From assembly GCA_963665665.1 (NCBI GenBank), contig OY762428.1:2656001-2720000 (forward strand): a stretch of 64,000 nucleotides of DNA, in the 5' to 3' direction. Below the pieces are notes generated by a model. It was not told the DNA's origin, did not search any database, and worked only from the letters and a program-made list of their open reading frames with translations. This DNA comes from Candidatus Kapaibacterium sp. GTDB taxonomy: Bacteria > Bacteroidota > Ignavibacteria > Kapaibacteriales > UBA2268. Position 1 is the stretch's first letter, and each line of letters begins with the position of its first letter. The position numbers were made by a program, and so were the translations under genes. This document shows, in pieces, positions 55,851 through 64,000 of this stretch.

Positions 55851-58154
55851 TTAAAATTTCACTTCATAAGATATTGTAGGTATTATCGGCAGAAGAGATA
55901 TATCTTCAACTGTAGTTTCGTTGTTTTCTGTATTATAATATCTTATCCAGATATCTTTATGATTATAAACGTTATATACATCAAGTATTAATCGTGCAGG
56001 CAATCCGAAGAAACTCATTTTTTTACTGACATTAATATTCAGCTGGTGAGACTCCGGTTTTCTGAGTCCGTACCTTTGCGACGGCACAACCTTGCCGTTA
56101 CCGTAATTCATACCCGGCATTCTCGACTGGAATCTCGAACTTGCACCGGTATAGGACTGTCCGGACTGGAATACAAAGTTCGCGCCGACTTCCCAGTTCT
56201 CATCTATTTTATATTGGGCAACGATTTTGAAATCATGACGCCTGTCGTATTTTGGCCTGAATTCCTTACCCTTGTTCACACTGTCGAATTTTGCATTAAT
56301 AAAGCCCAATGCATAGCCTGCCCAACCGGTGAAGTTACCAATTTTTTTCTGAACAAAAAATTCAATTCCGTAAGCGTTTGCATCGCCTATAAAGAATACA
56401 TCCGCTACCTTATCGCCTTCAATAGCGTTCTGGTTTATTTCACTGATATTATACATTTTCTTATAATATGCATCGAAATTAAAATCAAATCCGTCTGCCG
56501 GTTTTGTTTCAATACTAAGAATCAAGTGATCCGAGCGGCTGGGTTTAACTGATTCGTCCGTTGGCATCCATGTGTCAAAGAAAGAGAAGTCCTGCATGGA
56601 AGCAAGCCGCAGGCTCTGATAAAATCTTCCGGTAGCGATTTTTGCAGCTATATTGCCATTGAACTGATAGCGCATTGCAAATCTCGGTGATAACAGGTAT
56701 TCATCCGATGCATCCCAGTAATGGCCACGCAGGCCGGCCTGGATAGAAAACTGATCATTCACCTGCCAATTCATCTGTCCGTATATGGAATAGTTCCAGT
56801 CGTGTTCTTTCAGGTTGATTTCTCCGCCTTCGCTGCCGGAATCAGTTGAATCAGTATTACCGGTAAAATTCTGAAGCAATTCGAATGTATATCTTGTCAT
56901 TTCGAAACCGAATTTTGTAGTCAGTGACTGCGAATTAAACCATTCGAGCTGGCTTTTCAATGTATAGTCCCGGATTTGGTTGTTTATCAGGATTTCATAT
57001 CCCTGCTGATCAACGAAGAATTTGTTGAAATAATGGCTGGCGCTAAGGTTTGTTGAAAGAAACATATTATCGCCGAATATATGCTGCCAGCGCAAGGTGC
57101 CAAGATTATTTCCTATCTCAAGGTTCATATCCATACCCATATTACCATATTCAAGGTTGTCCGAACTCATGAAACCACTAAGGCTGATCTTATCATTGTC
57201 GCCTATTTCCTGGGTATATTTACCATTCAGGTCGTAAAAATTAAAGTCCGGGAGCGGGTCTTCAGGATCTTCATCTAAAAGCGATTTTATCAATTCAAAG
57301 TATGTTCTTCTGCCACTTACAAACCAGGAACTTCCTTCCAGGAGTCCCGGGCCCTCAAGGCTCAGCCTTGATGAAATTGCACCTACAGCTGCTATACCTT
57401 CAACTTCTTCCTTATTACCATCTTTCTGGGTTACGTTCAGAACAGCCGAAAGCCTGTTCCCGAATTCAGCCGGGAAGCCGCCTTTCAGAAGTTCAACGTC
57501 TTTAATGGCATCGGAATTAAAGGTTGAGATAAACCCAAACAAGTGAGTCGGGTTATAAACTGTTGTCCCGTCTAATAATACAAGGTTCTGGTCGGGGCTG
57601 CCGCCGCGAACAAACAACCCGCTTGATATTTGTGAAGAAGTAAGGATACCCGGCAGCATCTGAAGAGATCGGAACAGATCAGATTCACCACCAATCCTGA
57701 TTTCCTTGATCTGTTTGATAGGTATATTAACTTTACTTACTGTTATCTGTCTTTTTTCCACTTCTTTGTCTGCCTGGACAGTTACGCCTTCAGACATAAC
57801 CGACCCGGATTTCAGGGAAAAGTCCTTCCTCACAGATTGCCCGGCTTTGAATGTAATTTTTTCCTCATGCTTTTCGTATCCTATCGAGCTGATGACAACT
57901 GTATAAGAGCCGGGTTTTATACCTGCTATTGAAAAGAAACCACTCTTATTTGTATAAGCGCCTGATTTGGTTCCCTTAATAAAGATTGTTGCACCGATAA
58001 GTGCTTCTTTAGTATGAGAATCCTTAACGAAACCGTTCAAAGTTGCTGTATTTTCGTCTGCCGGCATAGCCGATGCAGTTTTTTTCATTGAATACATTTC
58101 ATATTGAAATGCTATAAAGAAAATTAGTACGATCGATAATAGAAATTTTTTCAT
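55851..58154 (-). CDS. TonB-dependent receptor with an N-terminal carboxypeptidase regulatory-like domain
   Basis: GESDLFRSLQMLPG, VRGGSPDQNLVLLDG, NPTHLFG, KGGFPAEFGNRLSAV and C-terminal YEVKF. Probable start 58154. Confidence 0.93.
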   Translation of the reverse strand: MKKFLLSIVLIFFIAFQYEMYSMKKTASAMPADENTATLNGFVKDSHTKEALIGATIFIKGTKSGAYTNKSGFFSIAGIKPGSYTVVISSIGYEKHEEKITFKAGQSVRKDFSLKSGSVMSEGVTVQADKEVEKRQITVSKVNIPIKQIKEIRIGGESDLFRSLQMLPGILTSSQISSGLFVRGGSPDQNLVLLDGTTVYNPTHLFGFISTFNSDAIKDVELLKGGFPAEFGNRLSAVLNVTQKDGNKEEVEGIAAVGAISSRLSLEGPGLLEGSSWFVSGRRTYFELIKSLLDEDPEDPLPDFNFYDLNGKYTQEIGDNDKISLSGFMSSDNLEYGNMGMDMNLEIGNNLGTLRWQHIFGDNMFLSTNLSASHYFNKFFVDQQGYEILINNQIRDYTLKSQLEWFNSQSLTTKFGFEMTRYTFELLQNFTGNTDSTDSGSEGGEINLKEHDWNYSIYGQMNWQVNDQFSIQAGLRGHYWDASDEYLLSPRFAMRYQFNGNIAAKIATGRFYQSLRLASMQDFSFFDTWMPTDESVKPSRSDHLILSIETKPADGFDFNFDAYYKKMYNISEINQNAIEGDKVADVFFIGDANAYGIEFFVQKKIGNFTGWAGYALGFINAKFDSVNKGKEFRPKYDRRHDFKIVAQYKIDENWEVGANFVFQSGQSYTGASSRFQSRMPGMNYGNGKVVPSQRYGLRKPESHQLNINVSKKMSFFGLPARLILDVYNVYNHKDIWIRYYNTENNETTVEDISLLPIIPTISYEVKF

Positions 58155-58680
58155 TGCGGATAATTCCATTATTAAATAATAATTATTTTCGAATCTATTA
58201 TTCACTCATTCACAACGTGGAAACTATTACAAAGTTTCAGTTTCCTGATTTAAAGCAACACATTGGTGTTTAATTTTTTATTCGAATTATTTTTCTGCCG
58301 TATATAGCCGTAATCTTTTGATACAACAAGTACGTCATTGCCTTTTTTTTGCTTTAAAACATAGAGAACCCCTGTCTTCTTCCAGAAAACCATTTTAATA
58401 TCCTTCAATTATTTTGAAATATTTTCATTAATTCCTTTTTCTGATAGTAAGAGTCATGAAAAAGAAATCGGATGCATGGAGTTTACTTTTTTTTTTACAA
58501 AAACAAAAAAATATTACAATAGATGAAACCTTTGGGAAAGCACGACGTATTTTAAGCAGAGACGGGTAATAATTGATAAGTCCTTTTGGAAAAGAAGGCA
58601 AATTTTCGGCGCACAGCGCCGGCAAAAACGGGTGCAGCGGACGTTACAAAAGGGATGGGTTAACGACCGCTGCTGAGAAC

Positions 58681-58707
58681 CGGGGGCAAATTCAGCCCCC
58701 GTTTTTT
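58681..58707 (+). terminator. Intrinsic terminator oriented on the + strand
   Basis: CGGGGGC-AAATTCA-GCCCCCG-TTTTTT. Confidence 0.75.
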
Positions 58708-58740
58708 AATATAATCAATTATTCTGAAATAAGCAAATTC

Positions 58741-59679
58741 CTATTTACCAAGCCTCTTTCTGAAATCTGCAATTGTTTTATCCAACCCTTCGCGCCTGCC
58801 TACTTTTGGCTCCCAGTTTAATATTTCTATAGCCTTACTGATATTTGGCTGGCGTACCTTGGGGTCGTCCGACGGAAGTTCTTTATGAACGATTTCGCTT
58901 CCTGAGCCGAGAATATCAATAATTTCCTTTGCCAGGTCGAAGATTGACAGCTCGCCGGGATTACCAATGTTCACGGGTTCTTCCTCGTCCGAAAGAAGCA
59001 GTCTGTAGATACCTTCCACTAAGTCGTCAACATAACAAACCGAACGCGTCTGCGACCCGTCGCCGAATACTGTTACCGGCTGATTTTCAAGAGCCTGGGA
59101 AATAAATGCAGGAATAGCGCGGCCGTCGTTAATTCTCATCCTGGGGCCGTAAGTATTGAATATCCTGACAATCCTGGTTTCAACATTGTGGTAACGGTTG
59201 TAAGCCATCGTCATCGCCTCGGAAAAACGCTTGGCTTCGTCATAAACACCACGGAATCCTACGGGATTTACATTTCCCCAGTAGTCTTCAGTCTGCGGAT
59301 GGATAAGCGGATCGCCATAAACTTCGCTGGTGCTGGCCAGCAGGAACCTTGCATTCTTTGCTTTTGCCAGCCCGAGAGCCTTATGAGTGCCAAGAGATCC
59401 AACTTTAAGTGTCTGAATCGGAAGTTTCAGGTAATCAATAGGGGAGGCCGGCGATGCAAAATGAAGAATATAATCCAGATCGCCTTCCACGTATATATAA
59501 TTTGTAACATCATGGTGAATAAATTGAAACTTGTCGTTGCCAATCAGGTGGGCAATATTGTCCGGCGAACCGGTAATAAAATTATCTATACAAATTACTT
59601 CGTCGCCTTCGGCAATAAATCGGTCGCAAAGATGAGACCCTAAAAATCCAGCTCCTCCGGTTATCAGTACTCTTGCCAT
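58741..59679 (-). CDS. UDP-glucuronic acid decarboxylase family SDR
   Basis: [46 protein letters not shown] and DDPKVRQP. Confidence 0.95.
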   Translation of the reverse strand: MARVLITGGAGFLGSHLCDRFIAEGDEVICIDNFITGSPDNIAHLIGNDKFQFIHHDVTNYIYVEGDLDYILHFASPASPIDYLKLPIQTLKVGSLGTHKALGLAKAKNARFLLASTSEVYGDPLIHPQTEDYWGNVNPVGFRGVYDEAKRFSEAMTMAYNRYHNVETRIVRIFNTYGPRMRINDGRAIPAFISQALENQPVTVFGDGSQTRSVCYVDDLVEGIYRLLLSDEEEPVNIGNPGELSIFDLAKEIIDILGSGSEIVHKELPSDDPKVRQPNISKAIEILNWEPKVGRREGLDKTIADFRKRLGK

Positions 59680-59813
59680 CCTAATCCCTGTATGTTAATA
59701 TTATTTAAAACTTTTCAATTAATACAAAATTAAGAAATAAATATTATTATCGAATGGAAATAATAATTAATTTGGATCGTATTTAAGGTATATAATATAA
59801 TATTACATTAATA

Positions 59814-60419
59814 ATGATCAATATTATGATAACTAAAATAATAGACCACTTTGAAAGTAACAACGGATATGGAAAGCTCAAGGAAATGAAAAGCGAACAT
59901 ATTCATACCAGAGCCATATCAAAAGCTGTCGAAAACGGAGAAATAATAAAAATTAAACCAGGACTTTATAAACTTATAGATTATAGATGGGATGACCTTA
60001 GTTCGTTCAGGGATATTTGTATGGCTAATAACAAGGCTGTAATATGCCTTACATCGGCTGCTGCCTATCACGGTCTTACTACTTTTCTTCCTTCTCGAAT
60101 AAATATCGCAACGCCTCATAACAGCATAAAATTCAAACTGGAATATCCAGTGCTAAAACAATTCTATTTTTCGCCAATACAATATAATACCGGAATAGAA
60201 ATCATAGAAACATCTTCCGGAAATTTTAAAATTTATTCAAAGGAAAAAACTATTGTTGATCTTTTTAGATACAGAAATAAAATCGGGGAAGATATCTTTT
60301 ACGAATCTCTAAAAAATTATATGAATGGTAAAAACAACATTAATGAATTTATTGAAATCTCTACAAAATTGCGAGTAAAAAATAAAATCCTTCCATTAAT
60401 AAAAGTATTGGCAATATGA
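59814..60419 (+). CDS. Type IV TA antitoxin, AbiEi family
   Basis: N-terminal wHTH-like GEIIKIKPGLY, ICLTSAAAYHGLT and IYSKEKTIVDLFRYR. ATGA overlap with the next gene. Confidence 0.9.
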   Translation: MINIMITKIIDHFESNNGYGKLKEMKSEHIHTRAISKAVENGEIIKIKPGLYKLIDYRWDDLSSFRDICMANNKAVICLTSAAAYHGLTTFLPSRINIATPHNSIKFKLEYPVLKQFYFSPIQYNTGIEIIETSSGNFKIYSKEKTIVDLFRYRNKIGEDIFYESLKNYMNGKNNINEFIEISTKLRVKNKILPLIKVLAI

Positions 60420-61330
60420 CTGACTATCTCAAAAACAAACCTGCCTCCATAAGGCAAAAACTACTTAATCATGCGAGAAGTAATAATATCGACTTCAACA
60501 TGATTTTGATTCACTACTTTAATGAGAGAATTCTATACAGGCTTTCGAAATCGAAATATTTTGATAATTTTATTTTGAAAGGAGCATTATTACTTCTTGC
60601 AAGCGATATTAGCCTGATTCGGCCCACAAAAGATATTGATTTTCTTGGAATAAATATAAATAATGATATCGAAGCAATTGCAAAAATATTTGCTGAAATT
60701 ATTAATATTGAATGTGATGACGGAATTGTTTTTTATCCGGATAAAGTTGATGGAGAATCGATAAATGATTTTGACCAATACAATGGCGTTAGAATTAAGA
60801 TTGAAGGTTTTCTTGATACTGCCAGGCAAAGGATACAAATTGATATTGGTTTCGGCGACACAATTTTTCCTGATCCTGTAATTATAGATTTTCCAACCAT
60901 TTTGGAATTTGATTCTCCAATTATCAGAGCGTATTCTTATGAAACGGTTATCTCTGAGAAATTCGAGGCAATTGTATCGTTAGGCCTTTCTAACAGCTGT
61001 ATGAAGGATTTTTATGATATTCTTTATCTTGCGTCCAAACATAAATTTAATTCGAGAATATTGAAACTTTCTATTAACGAAACTTTTATAAGAAGGAAAT
61101 CAAACATAGCCGATTTTAAATATGTTTTCAATTCGTCTTTTAAAAATGATCCGGAAAAACAAATATTATGGAAAGTATTTATGACCAGGACGAATTTGCA
61201 AATTGAACAGGATTTTAGTCAAATCATTAATAAAATAGAAATGTTTTTGAAACCAATTTTTAACTTTTCTAATGACATGTACTGGGATTCGGATTCTTTC
61301 AAATGGGTTAATCAAAGAATTACCGAATGA
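60416..61330 (+). CDS. Type IV TA toxin, AbiEii/AbiGii nucleotidyltransferase
   Basis: ERILYRLS, FILKGALL, RPTKDIDF, IDIGFGD, SEKFEA and NSCMKDFYD. Confidence 0.92.
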   Translation: MTDYLKNKPASIRQKLLNHARSNNIDFNMILIHYFNERILYRLSKSKYFDNFILKGALLLLASDISLIRPTKDIDFLGININNDIEAIAKIFAEIINIECDDGIVFYPDKVDGESINDFDQYNGVRIKIEGFLDTARQRIQIDIGFGDTIFPDPVIIDFPTILEFDSPIIRAYSYETVISEKFEAIVSLGLSNSCMKDFYDILYLASKHKFNSRILKLSINETFIRRKSNIADFKYVFNSSFKNDPEKQILWKVFMTRTNLQIEQDFSQIINKIEMFLKPIFNFSNDMYWDSDSFKWVNQRITE

Positions 61331-61375
61331 CATGCTGCCATCCGGTAATTATAAGATAGACTATATTCTTTCCTA

Positions 61376-63703
61376 TCAGAACTTCTTTACAAGGTCCCTG
61401 TCAATAACATATAATGCAATCTGTACTGCACCTTCTTCGGTATAATTGAATTTTTCTACAAGCTGGCTGATCATTCTTTCCGTATCACGGCGCAAACGGG
61501 AATCATAAGCTTTGAAATTATCAGTTCGGTAGTCCTGAAGTGCCCGGCGGAAATTACTGTTCTGAACATAAGGAGCAAGAGCGTTCTCTTTTATCAGCCT
61601 TGTAAATTTCTCAAACATGTTCCGGAATTGGCTTGTGTCACTGATGTCTTTGCCCTTTACGCGAATTTCCTCGGCAAGGGTTCTGGAAACATATTCGGAC
61701 CTGGTTTCCTCGCGGAATTGTTTTCTTCTAACGTCAGAGCTGGTAGTCCCGAGGAACATTGCCTCGAAATTCTTAAAGAAATCTTCGGTTATCTCCAGTT
61801 TTTCCCCGGTGAATTCGCACCTGACTTTGTCTCCTATTTCGAAATTAACGCCATAGATATAATTCAGGATATCCTCTGATATTTGTTCTTCGTTATAATA
61901 GTAAATAGCTTCCTTAACCTGTTGCAGAACGTCATAATCATATTTTCTTACAAGAGAATCAATAAAACCGTCGGGTACTTCTTCAAAATCCTTATCCTTT
62001 TTCTCTTTAAAGAATTCGCTGACGTTATCCATTGTTATCATCTTATCAGATTTGGAATACTTATTAAAGAAAGAACCGAAAACATTAATAGACTGCCTGC
62101 CGGAAAAGCCTTTTCTTCCTTCTGTTCCGGCGCTGTTGATAATCTGCTTGCGTGTATCACGGTCAAATTTCTTTACATCATCCTCAGAAAGCCAGTCAGG
62201 AATAATACCGGTGTAAATATCCATTTTCAGCAGCATGAAATATCTGTCGCAATACTTCGAGTATTTGTCCGGGCTGCCAAGCCATTTCCTGATTGATGGT
62301 GTTTCACGGTCAAGGCGTGAAGAAATAATCACCCGGGCGAAGTTAATAAGTACTCCGGGAAGGAATTTCTCGGGCATATCCTTGCGGAATTTGTTTTTAT
62401 AAATTTTTACTTCCGTATTGTAATCCAGCACATAAGGTATGCAAACAGTAATTATTCTGTCGCGGAAGGATTTAACGTTTTCATAGTGAACCTTATCCTC
62501 GGGGTTTACAAGCCCCATGAATATTGACTTGATCCTTTCCTCGATAAGCTCAACTTTATGCACACCGTCGCTGATAATACCGTGCAGGGATCTAAGTCTT
62601 TCAATATTGTTCTCTTTAATATCCATCAGGGCAAGAACGCCGTTGTTTGTTTTTGAAAGTGCGGAATAAATAAAATTAACATCATCAGTACGCAGAAGAT
62701 TGTTTATCATCCCTTCCAGGTTAGGATTGGTAATAGGCTTCCTGAATATCGGATCCCCCGGATTGAATACGCTGATTCCTTCTCCGAACTGCCTGTTAAA
62801 ACTGAACATTCTGGCATTGATCATTGAAAATACTTCAAGAGGATCCTCAAGAATATCAAGCAAGGTATTGTATATCGAATGGCAGATATTACATGGATTA
62901 TCCCTGAGAACCCATTGATATTCCTTGCTTTGGAATAGTTTTGTTTTAAATTCGCCATCGGGTATAAGTTCGTCAAGGAACTGTGCTCTGAAGCTTTTGG
63001 GAATCTGCAAAATCGGATGGTCATGCCTTGGGCATGAGAACTGAATATACTTCTGATGGTTCAACGGTGATTCAGGATCATCTTTATTAACCACTTCGGT
63101 AATTTCTTCGGCTACTTCCTTATTAGCATGCCTGCCCAGTTTATCGGTAAAATTCCTGAAACCGCCAAGGCGTTCAATATCCAGCCGCCAGTAAGTTTTA
63201 AAAATTGCACCCTCGCGTGTTTTGGTATAGTCTTCCAGTTTTTGAAGAAAATTATTGAGGAATGTACTTTTTCCGCTGCCGGGAGGGCCTTCGAAAAGAA
63301 AAATATGATTATGCAATGACACGGCACGGAACCTGTTTATAAGATTCATCAGCCTGTTTGCAAACAACCTGTCTGCAAAAAAAGGAGAATCACATTCATC
63401 CTCGAAAAGTGCTGATGTGTTGTAATTTTTAAATCCAATATTTTCCGAATGGTCCGGATATTCCTGAATACCTTCCGGAATATAGTGGTGTACCATATCG
63501 TAAAACAATTTAAAAATATCCCTTAGTACATACCCGGGCCGGGTGGAAGTTAAATACAAAAAATCATTGAATGGTATTGGCTGGCGGCGTTCCTTGTCGC
63601 GAAGGTTATTACTTAGGTGAATCAAAGCTTCAAGGCGTCTGCCCCGTTCTTCAAGTTCTTTATAATTCTGAACTCTGATTCTTCTTGTTCCAGACTTTTT
63701 CAT
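61376..63703 (-). CDS. Second PrkA/YeaG-like AAA+ protein
   Basis: Walker A GPPGSGKST, FRDRIITVCIPYVLDYNTEVKIY, EGRKGFSGRQ and C-terminal KFNYTEEGA. Confidence 0.85.
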   Translation of the reverse strand: MKKSGTRRIRVQNYKELEERGRRLEALIHLSNNLRDKERRQPIPFNDFLYLTSTRPGYVLRDIFKLFYDMVHHYIPEGIQEYPDHSENIGFKNYNTSALFEDECDSPFFADRLFANRLMNLINRFRAVSLHNHIFLFEGPPGSGKSTFLNNFLQKLEDYTKTREGAIFKTYWRLDIERLGGFRNFTDKLGRHANKEVAEEITEVVNKDDPESPLNHQKYIQFSCPRHDHPILQIPKSFRAQFLDELIPDGEFKTKLFQSKEYQWVLRDNPCNICHSIYNTLLDILEDPLEVFSMINARMFSFNRQFGEGISVFNPGDPIFRKPITNPNLEGMINNLLRTDDVNFIYSALSKTNNGVLALMDIKENNIERLRSLHGIISDGVHKVELIEERIKSIFMGLVNPEDKVHYENVKSFRDRIITVCIPYVLDYNTEVKIYKNKFRKDMPEKFLPGVLINFARVIISSRLDRETPSIRKWLGSPDKYSKYCDRYFMLLKMDIYTGIIPDWLSEDDVKKFDRDTRKQIINSAGTEGRKGFSGRQSINVFGSFFNKYSKSDKMITMDNVSEFFKEKKDKDFEEVPDGFIDSLVRKYDYDVLQQVKEAIYYYNEEQISEDILNYIYGVNFEIGDKVRCEFTGEKLEITEDFFKNFEAMFLGTTSSDVRRKQFREETRSEYVSRTLAEEIRVKGKDISDTSQFRNMFEKFTRLIKENALAPYVQNSNFRRALQDYRTDNFKAYDSRLRRDTERMISQLVEKFNYTEEGAVQIALYVIDRDLVKKF

Positions 63704-64000
63704 GATATTATCTCTTAAGATTATTTTTTTCAGTTCATAATATTTCTGTATTAGAAACGAAAAGAACAGCTAAAAGTTATTTCGGCTAATCAGATATATT
63801 CATTTATTGAAAATACAAATTCTTTTAAATATTTAAAACAATAAAAGAAATAAATTTGTTGAATTTCTAATATTCAGACATCCGGAATCCACTTGATTTA
63901 TAAAGTCGTTATTTTTGATTATTCCAATTCACTCCCCGCAGCCCTCGCAGACAATGGCGGGCCTACGCAAACGTTGGCCATCACTGCGGGAAGCTTTGCC

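Noticed and set aside
58628-58682. Complete TPP riboswitch
   Set aside because: Only the 5' half of the consensus is present and there is no downstream gene on that strand. It is kept only as part of the sRNA candidate.
59772-59821. AbiEi operator inverted repeat
   Set aside because: Only about 10/14 arm identity in AT-rich DNA, too weak to call.
63960-64000. Cobalamin riboswitch (CACTG...GGGAAG)
   Set aside because: The upstream GGGAA/GGTG-AA-TCC and CCCGC-ACTGT elements are absent.

Overview
Bacterial chromosomal window, AT-rich outside the rRNA operon. Gene content (T9SS-type C-terminal sorting domain, TonB receptor/DUF4249 pair, TAnnTTTG-like promoter elements) suggests an FCB-group organism such as Ignavibacteria or Kapabacteria; this is inference and needs a 16S search. 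From left to right it holds: two tandem giant poly-HAMP/PAS chemoreceptors with near-identical 3' ends; a secreted Ig-like protein; a TonB receptor-YfiR-histidine kinase-hybrid kinase operon; a full rrn operon (16S, tRNA-Ile, tRNA-Ala, 23S, 5S) behind a tandem promoter array; a hybrid PAS/GAF kinase; housekeeping genes (dut, putP, murB, UDP-GlcA decarboxylase); a RelE/ParE-type and an AbiE-type toxin-antitoxin pair; and a PrkA/YeaG-DUF444-SpoVR operon whose second PrkA paralog lies about 9.5 kb away. Intergenic DNA is rich in several REP-like palindrome families. The most notable unexplained features are: (1) a DUF559 endonuclease gene inside a five-palindrome tandem array whose other units are gene-less copies keeping the gene's 3' tail and a TTGACA promoter-like motif; (2) a 48-aa lasso/RiPP-leader-like peptide ORF missing from the ORF track; (3) tandem copies of the tRNA-Ala 3' half with the T-arm replaced by a mini-palindrome that also sits inside REP elements; (4) a 21-bp repeat tract; (5) a candidate structured sRNA near 58.5-58.7 kb.
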